Source: Chloroflexota bacterium (GTDB taxonomy: Bacteria; Chloroflexota; Limnocylindria; P2-11E). Taken from it: a stretch of 64,000 bases of DNA. The stretch's first letter is position 1. Each line of letters starts with the position of its first letter. Below, one piece after another: positions 54,581-62,729 of the stretch. A program made the translations under genes and the position numbers. The stretch is taken from contig VBDX01000133.1 of the NCBI GenBank assembly GCA_005881885.1, positions 15,461 to 79,460 of the forward strand, in the 5' to 3' direction. Under the pieces are notes generated by a model. The model saw nothing but the letters and a program-made list of their open reading frames with translations. It had not been told where the DNA came from and did no database searches.

Positions 54581-57418
54581 GTGCGCGGAGATCTCCGGCA
54601 TCGGCTCGCGCTGATCCTCGTCACGGCGATGGTCGGTGTATACCTCTACGCCGCGGAGCCGTCACCGGCGACGACGGCCCTTGGCGCCGACAATCCGATC
54701 GTCGTTGAGAACCAGTTCCCGGGATCGAACGCGTGGCTTCCGGGATCGTCCATCGCCGACGATGCGGCCGGACAGATCAAGGGCTACGCCTCGGCGACCA
54801 GCGTCGCTCAGGGACAGAGCATCAGCCTGTTCGTCACGGTCAGCCCGGCCCAGACCTACACGATCGACTTCTACCGGCTCGGCTACTACGCCGGCGCCGG
54901 TGGCCGGCTTCGTCTGCAGACCGGCCCGCTCAACGGCGTCACGCAGGCCCCGTGCGGTGCGGACTCGACCACGGGCCTCATCGAGTGCAACTGGCCGCCG
55001 AGCTACACGCTGACCATCCCGAGCGATTGGACGAGCGGCGTCTACATCGTCAAGCTGACGAACTCCCTCGGATATCAGAACTACGTCATGTTCGTCGTCA
55101 AAGACGGGCGCCCGGCGCCGTACCTCTACCAGCAGGCCGTCCTCACCGACCAGGCCTACAACAACTACCCGAACAATCACGTGACCGGGAAGAGCCTCTA
55201 CAGCTTCAATAGCTACGGGCCGAACACGGTCGCCGGCGAAACGCGGGCGGTCAAAGTCTCGTTCGATCGTCCCTACGCGGACTACGGCTTTCCAGAGGTG
55301 GATGCCATCGAGTTCATCCGCTGGATCGAGCGTTCTGGTTACGACGTCACGTACTCGACGAATGTCGACACGCATGCGAATGGTTCAGCCCTCCTGACTC
55401 ACAAGGCCTTCATGTCGATCGGCCACGACGAGTACTGGTCGAAGCCGATGTTCGACGCGGTCCAGGCCGCCCGCGACGCGGGGGTTGGTCTGGCGTTCTT
55501 CGGAGCGGACGCGGTCAGCGTGCAGGTGCGAATCGAGTCTGCGACCGACGGCGAACCTAACCGCGTGGTGGTCTGCTACAAGAGCGCGGCCCTCGACCCG
55601 GTGCAGGGTCCGACGACCACGGTCGCGTGGCGCAGCGCACCGGTGAATCGTCCCGAACAGGCACTCCGGGGGATCCAGGACACCTTCCACGCGATCGTGA
55701 ACTCGAACGTGGATTACGTGGTCAACAACAGCTCTCACTGGATCTATGCCGGGACCGGCTTCAAGGACAACGATGTGGTGCCGGGGATCGTCGGCTACGA
55801 GAGCGACCGCTTCATGACCGGGTTCCCCGCTCCGAACTCGACGAACCAAACGCTCTTGTCGCATTCGCCGTTCACCAACAACGAGGGCGGCGCCGAGTAC
55901 CAGAACTCCTCCATCTACCAGGCCCCGAGCGGCGCATGGGTCTTCTCGTCCGGCACGATGTCGTGGAGCTGGGGCCTGGACAGCTTCTGGCACGGACGCG
56001 CAGACGCCCGGATCCAGCTAACGACGACCAACCTCCTCAACGCGTTCACCGCCGCTCCCGCCCCCACACCCACTCCGACGCCAACACCTACTCCAACCCC
56101 GACACCTACTCCCACGCCGACGCCTACTCCGACACCGACGCCAACTCCGACGCCAACTCCGACGCCGACACCTACCCCGACGCCGACACCTACTCCCACA
56201 CCGACGCCACCACCGAGCGGCGTCCACGATCTTCGGGTGACGGCCGCGGCGACCACGACTGCGGGCCAGTCCTTCACCGTCGGTGTGACCGCCGAGGACG
56301 CGCTGGGCAGCCCGGTCACGTCTTACAGCGGCACCGTTCACTTCGCCAGCAGCGACACGTCGTCGGGGGTCGTGCTGCCAGCCGACTCGACCTTGACGAA
56401 CGGTCAGGGCACCTTCTCGCTGACCCTGACCAAGGCCGGATCGCAAACGGTCACCGTTTCCGACGCCGCGAACGCGCTCACCACGACCGCGACAATGGGC
56501 GTCACTGCCGCGGCGGCCAACAGTCTCGCGCTCGCCACCGCGGCCAGCCCGAAGGCCGGGACGCCCTTCCAGTTCACCGTGACCGCGAAGGACTCGTTCG
56601 GCAACACCGACACGTCCTACGCCGGGACGGTGCACTTCACGAGCAGCGATAGCGCGAGCGGCGTGTCGCTTCCGGCTGACGGCAGCCTGACGAACGGTCA
56701 GCAGACCTTCTCGGCGACGCTGGTCACGCTCGGCTCGCAGACCATCACGGCCACCGGCGCGACGATCACCGGAACGCTTTCGGTCACCGTCAGCCCGGGG
56801 AACGCGTCGAAGCTCGTGCTTGCCACCAGCGGCACTCCGACCGCCGGTACGGCTTTCCAGTTCACCGTGACCGCGCAGGACCCCTTTGGTAACACGGCCA
56901 CGTCCTACACCGGGACGGTGCACTTCACGAGCAGCGACACGTCCTCGGGCGTCGTGCTCCCGGCCGACTCGACCTTGACGAACGGCCAGCGGACGTTCTC
57001 GGCGACGCTCATCAGGGCCGGTGCCCAGACGATCACCGCGACGGACAAAGTCACCTCGAGCATCACCGGGAACCTCAATGTCTCGGTGCGGCCCGGCGCC
57101 GCCGCGGTCGTCATCGTCGCGGCGCCAGCGACCGTCGTGGCGGGCCAGTCCTTCAACTTCACGGTCACGCTGAAGGACGGCTTCGGGAACGCGGCGACCG
57201 GCTACACCGGGACGATGCACTTCACGACCAACGACATCTCGCCGCTCGTCGTGTTGCCAGCGGACTACGCCTTCAATGGCGGCGACGCCGGAGCGCACAC
57301 CTTCTCGGCGACCCTCTGGACGCCGCCGAGCCGGCCGATCACCGCGACGGACACCGTAAACGCGAGCCTCACCGGCACGGCGGCGGTAGGAGTGACGCTG
57401 GTGCCACCGCTCCCGTAG
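54581..57418 (+). CDS. Large secreted protein: N-terminal ~500-aa domain (possibly N,N-dimethylformamidase-large-subunit-like), (PT)n linker, and four tandem ~95-aa bacterial Ig-like (Big-type) repeats
   Basis: Likely GTG start at ~54581 giving the signal peptide 'RGDLRHRLALILVTAMVGVYLYAA'. Repeats of 'GTPFQFTVTAKDSFGNTDTSYAGTVHFTSSD ... LTNGQ.TFSATL'. The family assignment of the N-domain is from memory only. Confidence 0.6.
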   Translation: MRGDLRHRLALILVTAMVGVYLYAAEPSPATTALGADNPIVVENQFPGSNAWLPGSSIADDAAGQIKGYASATSVAQGQSISLFVTVSPAQTYTIDFYRLGYYAGAGGRLRLQTGPLNGVTQAPCGADSTTGLIECNWPPSYTLTIPSDWTSGVYIVKLTNSLGYQNYVMFVVKDGRPAPYLYQQAVLTDQAYNNYPNNHVTGKSLYSFNSYGPNTVAGETRAVKVSFDRPYADYGFPEVDAIEFIRWIERSGYDVTYSTNVDTHANGSALLTHKAFMSIGHDEYWSKPMFDAVQAARDAGVGLAFFGADAVSVQVRIESATDGEPNRVVVCYKSAALDPVQGPTTTVAWRSAPVNRPEQALRGIQDTFHAIVNSNVDYVVNNSSHWIYAGTGFKDNDVVPGIVGYESDRFMTGFPAPNSTNQTLLSHSPFTNNEGGAEYQNSSIYQAPSGAWVFSSGTMSWSWGLDSFWHGRADARIQLTTTNLLNAFTAAPAPTPTPTPTPTPTPTPTPTPTPTPTPTPTPTPTPTPTPTPTPTPTPTPTPPPSGVHDLRVTAAATTTAGQSFTVGVTAEDALGSPVTSYSGTVHFASSDTSSGVVLPADSTLTNGQGTFSLTLTKAGSQTVTVSDAANALTTTATMGVTAAAANSLALATAASPKAGTPFQFTVTAKDSFGNTDTSYAGTVHFTSSDSASGVSLPADGSLTNGQQTFSATLVTLGSQTITATGATITGTLSVTVSPGNASKLVLATSGTPTAGTAFQFTVTAQDPFGNTATSYTGTVHFTSSDTSSGVVLPADSTLTNGQRTFSATLIRAGAQTITATDKVTSSITGNLNVSVRPGAAAVVIVAAPATVVAGQSFNFTVTLKDGFGNAATGYTGTMHFTTNDISPLVVLPADYAFNGGDAGAHTFSATLWTPPSRPITATDTVNASLTGTAAVGVTLVPPLP
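56060..56215 (+). repeat. Hexanucleotide tandem repeat (ccgacg/ccaacg/cctact units) encoding a (Pro-Thr)n linker
   Basis: ~26 consecutive PT dipeptides. Similar DNA repeats recur at 62405-62700, 59690-59770, 33290-33460/33780-34000 and 10720-10830. Confidence 0.7.
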
Positions 57419-57596
57419 GGCGGCGAGCACAGCCAGGCACGCTCGGAATGAAGCCTGAGTGAGAGGACGCCGACGAGTTCAGCGGCCCAGAGCCAGCGCC
57501 TGGCTGGAAGCTCGCCTTGTTCTCCGGGTAGAGCGTATCGACGATCCCCTCACTTTGGCCCTCGGCCGAACGCCTGTATCCTTGGCTCTACGCGGG

Positions 57597-58334
57597 GTGG
57601 GTGCTGCCGAGAACGATGCCGGTCAGCGCGTCGGGATCCTCGTTGTCGATGACGACCGGGAGCTCGTCGACCTTCTTGCCTTCCTTATGGAGCAATCCGG
57701 GCTGACCCCGCTCTGCGCGACCGAACCCGTCGCCGCGCTCGAGCTCTTCGACAAGGAAGACCCGTACGTGGCGGTCGTCGATCTCAACCTCAAGCCGTGG
57801 GATGGCTTCGAGCTGCTTGCGGAGCTCCGCCGGCGCAGCGCGCGGATCCCGATCCTCGTCCTCACCGGGCGCGGCAGCGAGGACGACAAGGTGCGAGCGC
57901 TCGACATGGGCGCGGATGACTACGTCGTCAAGCCTTTCTTGCACCGCGAGCTTGTGGCCCGGATCCGAGCGCTTGCACGGCGCGCGCAGATGGACCGCAA
58001 TGTCATCGAGCCGACCATCCTGGAGGCGGGTCCGCTCCGCCTCGACCTCAAAGAGCGTGGGCTCCAGATCGACGGAGCCGACGTCCGCCTCACCGGGACC
58101 GAGTTCCGGCTCCTGGAATACCTGATGCGCCACCTCGACAGCGTCGTCTCCACGACCTCGCTGGCGCGGCACGTGTGGGGCTATGACGACCCCCCGGCGC
58201 GTGACGTGGTGCGAGTGACGGTGCACCGGCTGCGCCGCAAGCTTGGCGACGATGGCGAGAGCCCGCGTTTCGTCCACACCGTTCCGGGCGTCGGACTCAA
58301 GCTTCGGTCCACACCGTCTCAACGGGCGAGCTAG
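57597..58334 (+). CDS. OmpR/PhoB-family response regulator (receiver + winged-helix)
   Basis: 'GILVVDDDREL ... VVDLNLKPWDGFELL ... YVVKPF' receiver domain, then an OmpR-type wHTH. GTG start ~57597; the track ORF (57459) has a GC-rich extension. Confidence 0.8.
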   Translation: MGAAENDAGQRVGILVVDDDRELVDLLAFLMEQSGLTPLCATEPVAALELFDKEDPYVAVVDLNLKPWDGFELLAELRRRSARIPILVLTGRGSEDDKVRALDMGADDYVVKPFLHRELVARIRALARRAQMDRNVIEPTILEAGPLRLDLKERGLQIDGADVRLTGTEFRLLEYLMRHLDSVVSTTSLARHVWGYDDPPARDVVRVTVHRLRRKLGDDGESPRFVHTVPGVGLKLRSTPSQRAS

Positions 58335-58468
58335 CCCCCGCTGTAACGGCATTGTGTCGGCTGCCGGGCCGGTGTAACGCCTTTGTTCCCTAACGCTTAA
58401 CGCATCGAGGCATCCCATTTGCGGTTTCTACAGGCCGTGGCTCGGTGAGCCGCGACTCGCATGGGGGT

Positions 58469-59281
58469 ATGGATTTCATGATCAAGATCCTGCTGGTCGA
58501 AGACGATCTCGACATGCTCGACCTGACCGCGTATGTCCTTCGGAGAGAGCGATTCGTCGTGATGGAGGCCTCGGACGGCGCAGCGGCCCTGCGGCGATGG
58601 AGAGCCGACCGTCCGGACCTCGTCGTCCTCGACCTTGGTCTGCCGAGCCTCGATGGGTTCGAGGTCCTGCGTCGCATCCGTGCCGACGACGAGACGCCGA
58701 TACTCGTCCTCACCGGTCGGCGCGACGCCCAGGACATTTTGCGGGTCTTCAACCTGGGATCCGATGACTTCCTCGCCAAGCCGTTCGAGTTCAAGGAGCT
58801 CATCGCACGGATTCGCGCGATCCTGCGCCGCGTCCAAACATCCCCGAAGGAGAACACCGAGCCCCGCGTCGAAGTCGACGGGCTCAAGCTCGACCCCGAG
58901 GCATACGAGGTGGCGTGGAGAGATGCCTACGTCCGACTCACGCCCACCGAGTTCCGCATCCTCTACCTCCTCGTGACGAATGCCGGACACGTGGTCTCCG
59001 CCAATCGCCTCTACACGTACGTGTGGGGCAGCGAAGGCGGCGACGCGAACGCGTTGCGATCGCACATCAGCCACCTGCGGCGAAAGCTCGAGACGACGGG
59101 GGAAACGCCGGGCACGATCTCGTCGGTGCCGGCGATCGGCTACGTCTACCGCAAAGTCGCGCAGCCCGCGACCGTCCCGGTGGAGACGACCGCGATCGCA
59201 CCATCGGCACCGAGTTCGAAAGACGACCGGGTCCCGACCCCTACGGCGACGGCGCAGGTCGCTCCCGCGGCATCCGGCTAG
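58469..59281 (+). CDS. OmpR/PhoB-family response regulator (second, adjacent)
   Basis: 'KILLVEDDLDML ... LVVLDLGLPSLDGFEVL ... FLAKPF' receiver + wHTH, with a C-terminal Pro/Thr/Ala tail. No histidine kinase nearby. Confidence 0.8.
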   Translation: MDFMIKILLVEDDLDMLDLTAYVLRRERFVVMEASDGAAALRRWRADRPDLVVLDLGLPSLDGFEVLRRIRADDETPILVLTGRRDAQDILRVFNLGSDDFLAKPFEFKELIARIRAILRRVQTSPKENTEPRVEVDGLKLDPEAYEVAWRDAYVRLTPTEFRILYLLVTNAGHVVSANRLYTYVWGSEGGDANALRSHISHLRRKLETTGETPGTISSVPAIGYVYRKVAQPATVPVETTAIAPSAPSSKDDRVPTPTATAQVAPAASG

Positions 59282-59431
59282 CGGGCGCGGTCGAGCGCCG
59301 CGAGCGGCGGGAAGGCGAGGTCGGTTCACGACGACGCGCTTCCCGGCCCGGCAGCAGCCTCGAGTCAGGAGAACACGCGGTGGGCCGTGTGAAGGGAAAC
59401 GAAAGCGAGAGCCCGGCCCTCGCCCTTTCCG

Positions 59432-59505
59432 TGGGCTCTGCGTGGCTCGAACACGCGACCTCAGCGATGTCAACGCTGCGCTCTAACCAGCTGAGCTAAG
59501 AGCCC
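59432..59505 (-). tRNA. tRNA-Val (anticodon GAC), 74 nt, CCA not encoded
   Basis: Minus-strand sequence GGGCUCU-UA-GCUC-AGCUGGUUA-GAGC-G-CAGCG-UUGACAU-CGCUG-AGGUC-GCGUG-UUCGAGC-CACGC-AGAGCCC-A folds as a canonical cloverleaf with anticodon GAC. Confidence 0.85.
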
Positions 59506-59571
59506 GAGAACCAAAGTCTACTTCAAAGATCGTCTTCTGATCCCGGCCAGTAACGGGCGCGCGCCGGCCCG

Positions 59572-60198
59572 ATGTTTGAATCGCGCCACATGCGTCATCT
59601 CGCCGCAGGCATCGCGCTAACGATCGCTCTCACGGCTTGCGGATCGAGTACGGCGTCCGTGCCACAACCCGTGCCGACCCCCGCGGCGCCGACCGTCACC
59701 CCGTACCAGACGATGACGCCGACTCCGATCCCGCCGACACCGGCTCCGACGCCGACACCGACGCCAGGCCCCACGCTCTCCTCGGTGGCGGCCGAAAAGT
59801 ACTTCCATCCGCTCGCGGGGTACGAGCTCGTCGTCCCGCCCCCAGAAGTCGCGACGCAGCTGCAGGCCCTCGTCTCGGCCCCCGAGGTGACCGACATCGC
59901 CACCGGCGTTGCGCTGCGCTTGGTGACCCGGAACGGCGATGCAGCGAACATGGCCGTCCTCAGCCTCTCGCTGCTGCCGTCGTACGCTGCGCTCCCCGGA
60001 GTCCTCGACGAATTCGCCGCGAGCTACTCGCAGGCCGCGGTCGAGCGCTTCACACTCGCCGGCCATCCGGCGCTCTACTACCAGACCGCCCCGAAGAGCC
60101 TCGTGTGGGCCCACCGCACGTACATCCTCGTGGTCTACGGCACCGACCGAGCGGCGATGACCCGGTTGGGCGAAGCACTCATCGCATCGAACCCGTAG
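59572..60198 (+). CDS. Lipoprotein of unknown function with a Pro/Thr-rich linker
   Basis: Lipobox 'LTACGSS', then '[34 protein letters not shown]', then a ~130-aa domain. Confidence 0.5.
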   Translation: MFESRHMRHLAAGIALTIALTACGSSTASVPQPVPTPAAPTVTPYQTMTPTPIPPTPAPTPTPTPGPTLSSVAAEKYFHPLAGYELVVPPPEVATQLQALVSAPEVTDIATGVALRLVTRNGDAANMAVLSLSLLPSYAALPGVLDEFAASYSQAAVERFTLAGHPALYYQTAPKSLVWAHRTYILVVYGTDRAAMTRLGEALIASNP

Positions 60199-61288
60199 CG
60201 CTGGTCGCGCCGAACATCCGCAGGCTCTCCGTCGGAGCATCCTTCGCGAAACACACCACCCTGAACGCGCCCAACCCATTCGGATCGAGCAACGCGTCGA
60301 TCGCCGAGCGCCGGCTCGCCGCGCGCAGTTGCTCGATCGGGATCGACGGTCGCGCCGTGGCCTCGCGGATGCCGAGCGCGAGCAACACCTCGCGCTGCAT
60401 CGCGGATCCCGCGAAGCGAAGTCCCGCGCCTTCCGCGGCACGGCGGATCGCCGTGAAGTCAACGCTCGCGGTCAGGTCGTGGCGGCCAGGCTCGGCCAGC
60501 GGATCGGAGATGAGGCGATGACCAGCGAACCCGCGGATCGTGCCCGCGCCGTCGCGCGTCAGGAGATCGGTCTCCTCGCCACCGTAGTCGACGAAGACGA
60601 CGTAGCCCGACACCAGGGCGCCCGCGAGGCTTGCGACCCAGCCTTCAGCCGCGGGGCTGGTCTCCCACCGGCCGCCGAGGGGCACGGATTCGGGGACACG
60701 CCAGCGCAGATCCTGGCTGGGCACGCGTAAGACCTCCACGAGCGCCCCGCTCTGTTCGCCGACGAAGACCTCGCGCACACCCTCGGGCGTTCTGATCAAG
60801 ACGTGGACCGGAAACGCGTCGAGGACCTCATTCGCGAACAGGACGCCCTTGATGGGCGCGAGGCTGTGAGCGACGGACGCCCATCGCAGGTCACGCCCCT
60901 CGAGCGCGAGCGATTGCTGCCCGCGCATGCGCGGCGAGACCTCGACGATCGCGGGCCGCACCCCTCGAACGGCGTCGGATCGTTCGCGCTCCAGCGCGGA
61001 GAGCAGATCGCGCATGAGGATGCCGCGTCCCGCACCTGCTTCGACGAGATCCCAGACCGCCGGCCGTCCCATGTGCGACCAGAGATCAGAGACGCCGCGC
61101 GCCAGCGATTTCCCGAACGCTGGGCCCAGGTCCGCCGAGGTGACGTAATCGCCGTCGAATCCGATCGACGCCCGAGTCGTGTAGTAACCATCCTCCGGGT
61201 CGTAGAGGGCCGCCTCCATGTAGTCGGCGAATGTGATCGCTCCACCCGAGCGAATCCGCGCGACGATCCGATCGCCGAGCTTCCCCAC
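60179..61288 (-). CDS. MidA/NDUFAF7-like class I SAM-dependent methyltransferase (DUF185)
   Basis: 'EAGAGRGILMRDLL' SAM motif and 'FANEVLDAFPVH' typical of MidA. Confidence 0.65.
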   Translation of the reverse strand: MGKLGDRIVARIRSGGAITFADYMEAALYDPEDGYYTTRASIGFDGDYVTSADLGPAFGKSLARGVSDLWSHMGRPAVWDLVEAGAGRGILMRDLLSALERERSDAVRGVRPAIVEVSPRMRGQQSLALEGRDLRWASVAHSLAPIKGVLFANEVLDAFPVHVLIRTPEGVREVFVGEQSGALVEVLRVPSQDLRWRVPESVPLGGRWETSPAAEGWVASLAGALVSGYVVFVDYGGEETDLLTRDGAGTIRGFAGHRLISDPLAEPGRHDLTASVDFTAIRRAAEGAGLRFAGSAMQREVLLALGIREATARPSIPIEQLRAASRRSAIDALLDPNGLGAFRVVCFAKDAPTESLRMFGATSATGSMR

Positions 61289-61353
61289 GCGGTCGAGGGT
61301 ATATGGCAGCTAAAGGCGGCGCGGGATCCGTAAAGATCCGGTAACGCTCATGG

Positions 61354-61382
61354 ATTGAGCATCCGTTGACGTCGAGTTGACG
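61354..61382 (+). promoter_or_regulatory. Triple direct-repeat element ATTGAGC-atcc-GTTGACG-tcga-GTTGACG upstream of secreted-protein paralog B
   Basis: Exact 11-bp periodicity; GTAACGC lies 13 nt upstream. Confidence 0.55.
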
Positions 61383-61469
61383 CTCGTGACGTCGGGGTGC
61401 TCTCTAATGCGAAAAGCCGCTCAAAACGTATGCGGGCGGCGCAACGCCGCTCAACCCGGGTCCGCTCGA

Positions 61470-62711
61470 ATGACTGAGGTGCAGCCGACAAGGGACCGCC
61501 ACGCCCGCCGAATCGGATTCATTCCGATCATGGCGCTGGTCCTGATGCAGCTCGCGGTGTTCGGCGCGCGGCCCGCAGCCGCCACCGGTGGCGATCTCAT
61601 CGCCGACGTCATGGTGAACGAGCCGTACCCAGACTACGTCGCTCCGAGCGTCGCATTCGACGGGCGGTACCTGTACCACACCGGGTACGGCACATCAGTC
61701 CTCCATCGGATCAACGTGCCGCCGAGGGGGACTTCCGGCAACGGGACGGGCCAGGTCGACGTCCCGATCACCGGCGCGTCCTCGGGGATCATGACGCTCG
61801 CCTATGATGCCGGCCGCGACGCCTTCTGGGCCGTAAGCGGCGACGGGCTATCCATCTACATGCTGAGCAAGACCGGTGCGGCCACGCTTGCCTTCCGGAT
61901 CGATCCGAACACTGACAGGCCCGGCTATCAGCCTGTCGGCAACTACCCGAACGAAGTCAAGCTCGCGTACGACCGCGCCGACGACACCATCTGGTACAGC
62001 AACGACGCTAACTCGCGCATCTTCCATTACCAGACGTTCGCCGAGGCAGACGGGACCGCGGCCCTCGTCCCAGGGACGCCATACATCGACATCAACGTCC
62101 CGCCGAACTCGATGGATGCGGAGTGTGGCTATAGCCAGAGCAGCGGCGTGACCGTGGGAGGAGCCCACATCTTCATCACGGTCGCCGGCTGCAACTACCT
62201 GTTCGAGTTCACGAAGACCGGCGGCAAGGTGGCCTCGTACGCCTACCACCCGTATCCCGGAACGGGGCCCCAAGATCTCGAGTGCGACAACCTGAGCTAT
62301 GGCGTAGCCGTTTTCTGGATCCGCGACACGTATGACGGCCACATCCGCGCGTTCGAACAGCCCACATCGACATCCTGTCTCTACGGCGGTGGCACCGCCG
62401 CACGTCCGACCCCCACTCCCACGCCGACGCCTACTCCTACACCCACGCCGACCCCGACTCCGACACCCACACCAACGCCAACGCCTACCCCGACCCCCCC
62501 AACACCAACGCCAACGCCTACCCCGACCCCCACGCCGACCCCGACGCCCGCACCAACACCGACGCCAACACCGACGCCAACACCGACGCCGACGCCAACC
62601 CCAACCCCGACTCCTACGCCAACACCGACGCCGACGCTGCCACTTCCGACCCTTCCGCCGCTTCCGACGCCCCCGTTGCCTACGCTCCCGCCGCCACCTC
62701 CGTTGCCCTAA
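61470..62711 (+). CDS. Secreted beta-propeller-like protein (paralog B of 53530..54441) with a ~100-aa C-terminal (PT)n/proline-rich tail
   Basis: '[11 protein letters not shown]', '[12 protein letters not shown]', '[13 protein letters not shown]', 'DANSRIFHY', '[16 protein letters not shown]' colinear with paralog A. Tail '[11 protein letters not shown]...[19 protein letters not shown]'. Confidence 0.6.
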   Translation: MTEVQPTRDRHARRIGFIPIMALVLMQLAVFGARPAAATGGDLIADVMVNEPYPDYVAPSVAFDGRYLYHTGYGTSVLHRINVPPRGTSGNGTGQVDVPITGASSGIMTLAYDAGRDAFWAVSGDGLSIYMLSKTGAATLAFRIDPNTDRPGYQPVGNYPNEVKLAYDRADDTIWYSNDANSRIFHYQTFAEADGTAALVPGTPYIDINVPPNSMDAECGYSQSSGVTVGGAHIFITVAGCNYLFEFTKTGGKVASYAYHPYPGTGPQDLECDNLSYGVAVFWIRDTYDGHIRAFEQPTSTSCLYGGGTAARPTPTPTPTPTPTPTPTPTPTPTPTPTPTPTPPTPTPTPTPTPTPTPTPAPTPTPTPTPTPTPTPTPTPTPTPTPTPTLPLPTLPPLPTPPLPTLPPPPPLP

Positions 62712-62729
62712 CGCGCGGCGCGGCAAGAC

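Noticed and set aside
56060-56215. Tandem short repeats that superficially resemble a repeat array
   Set aside because: 6-bp period, in-frame, encoding (Pro-Thr)n inside a long ORF. There is no spacer/repeat structure and no cas genes, so it is not a CRISPR.
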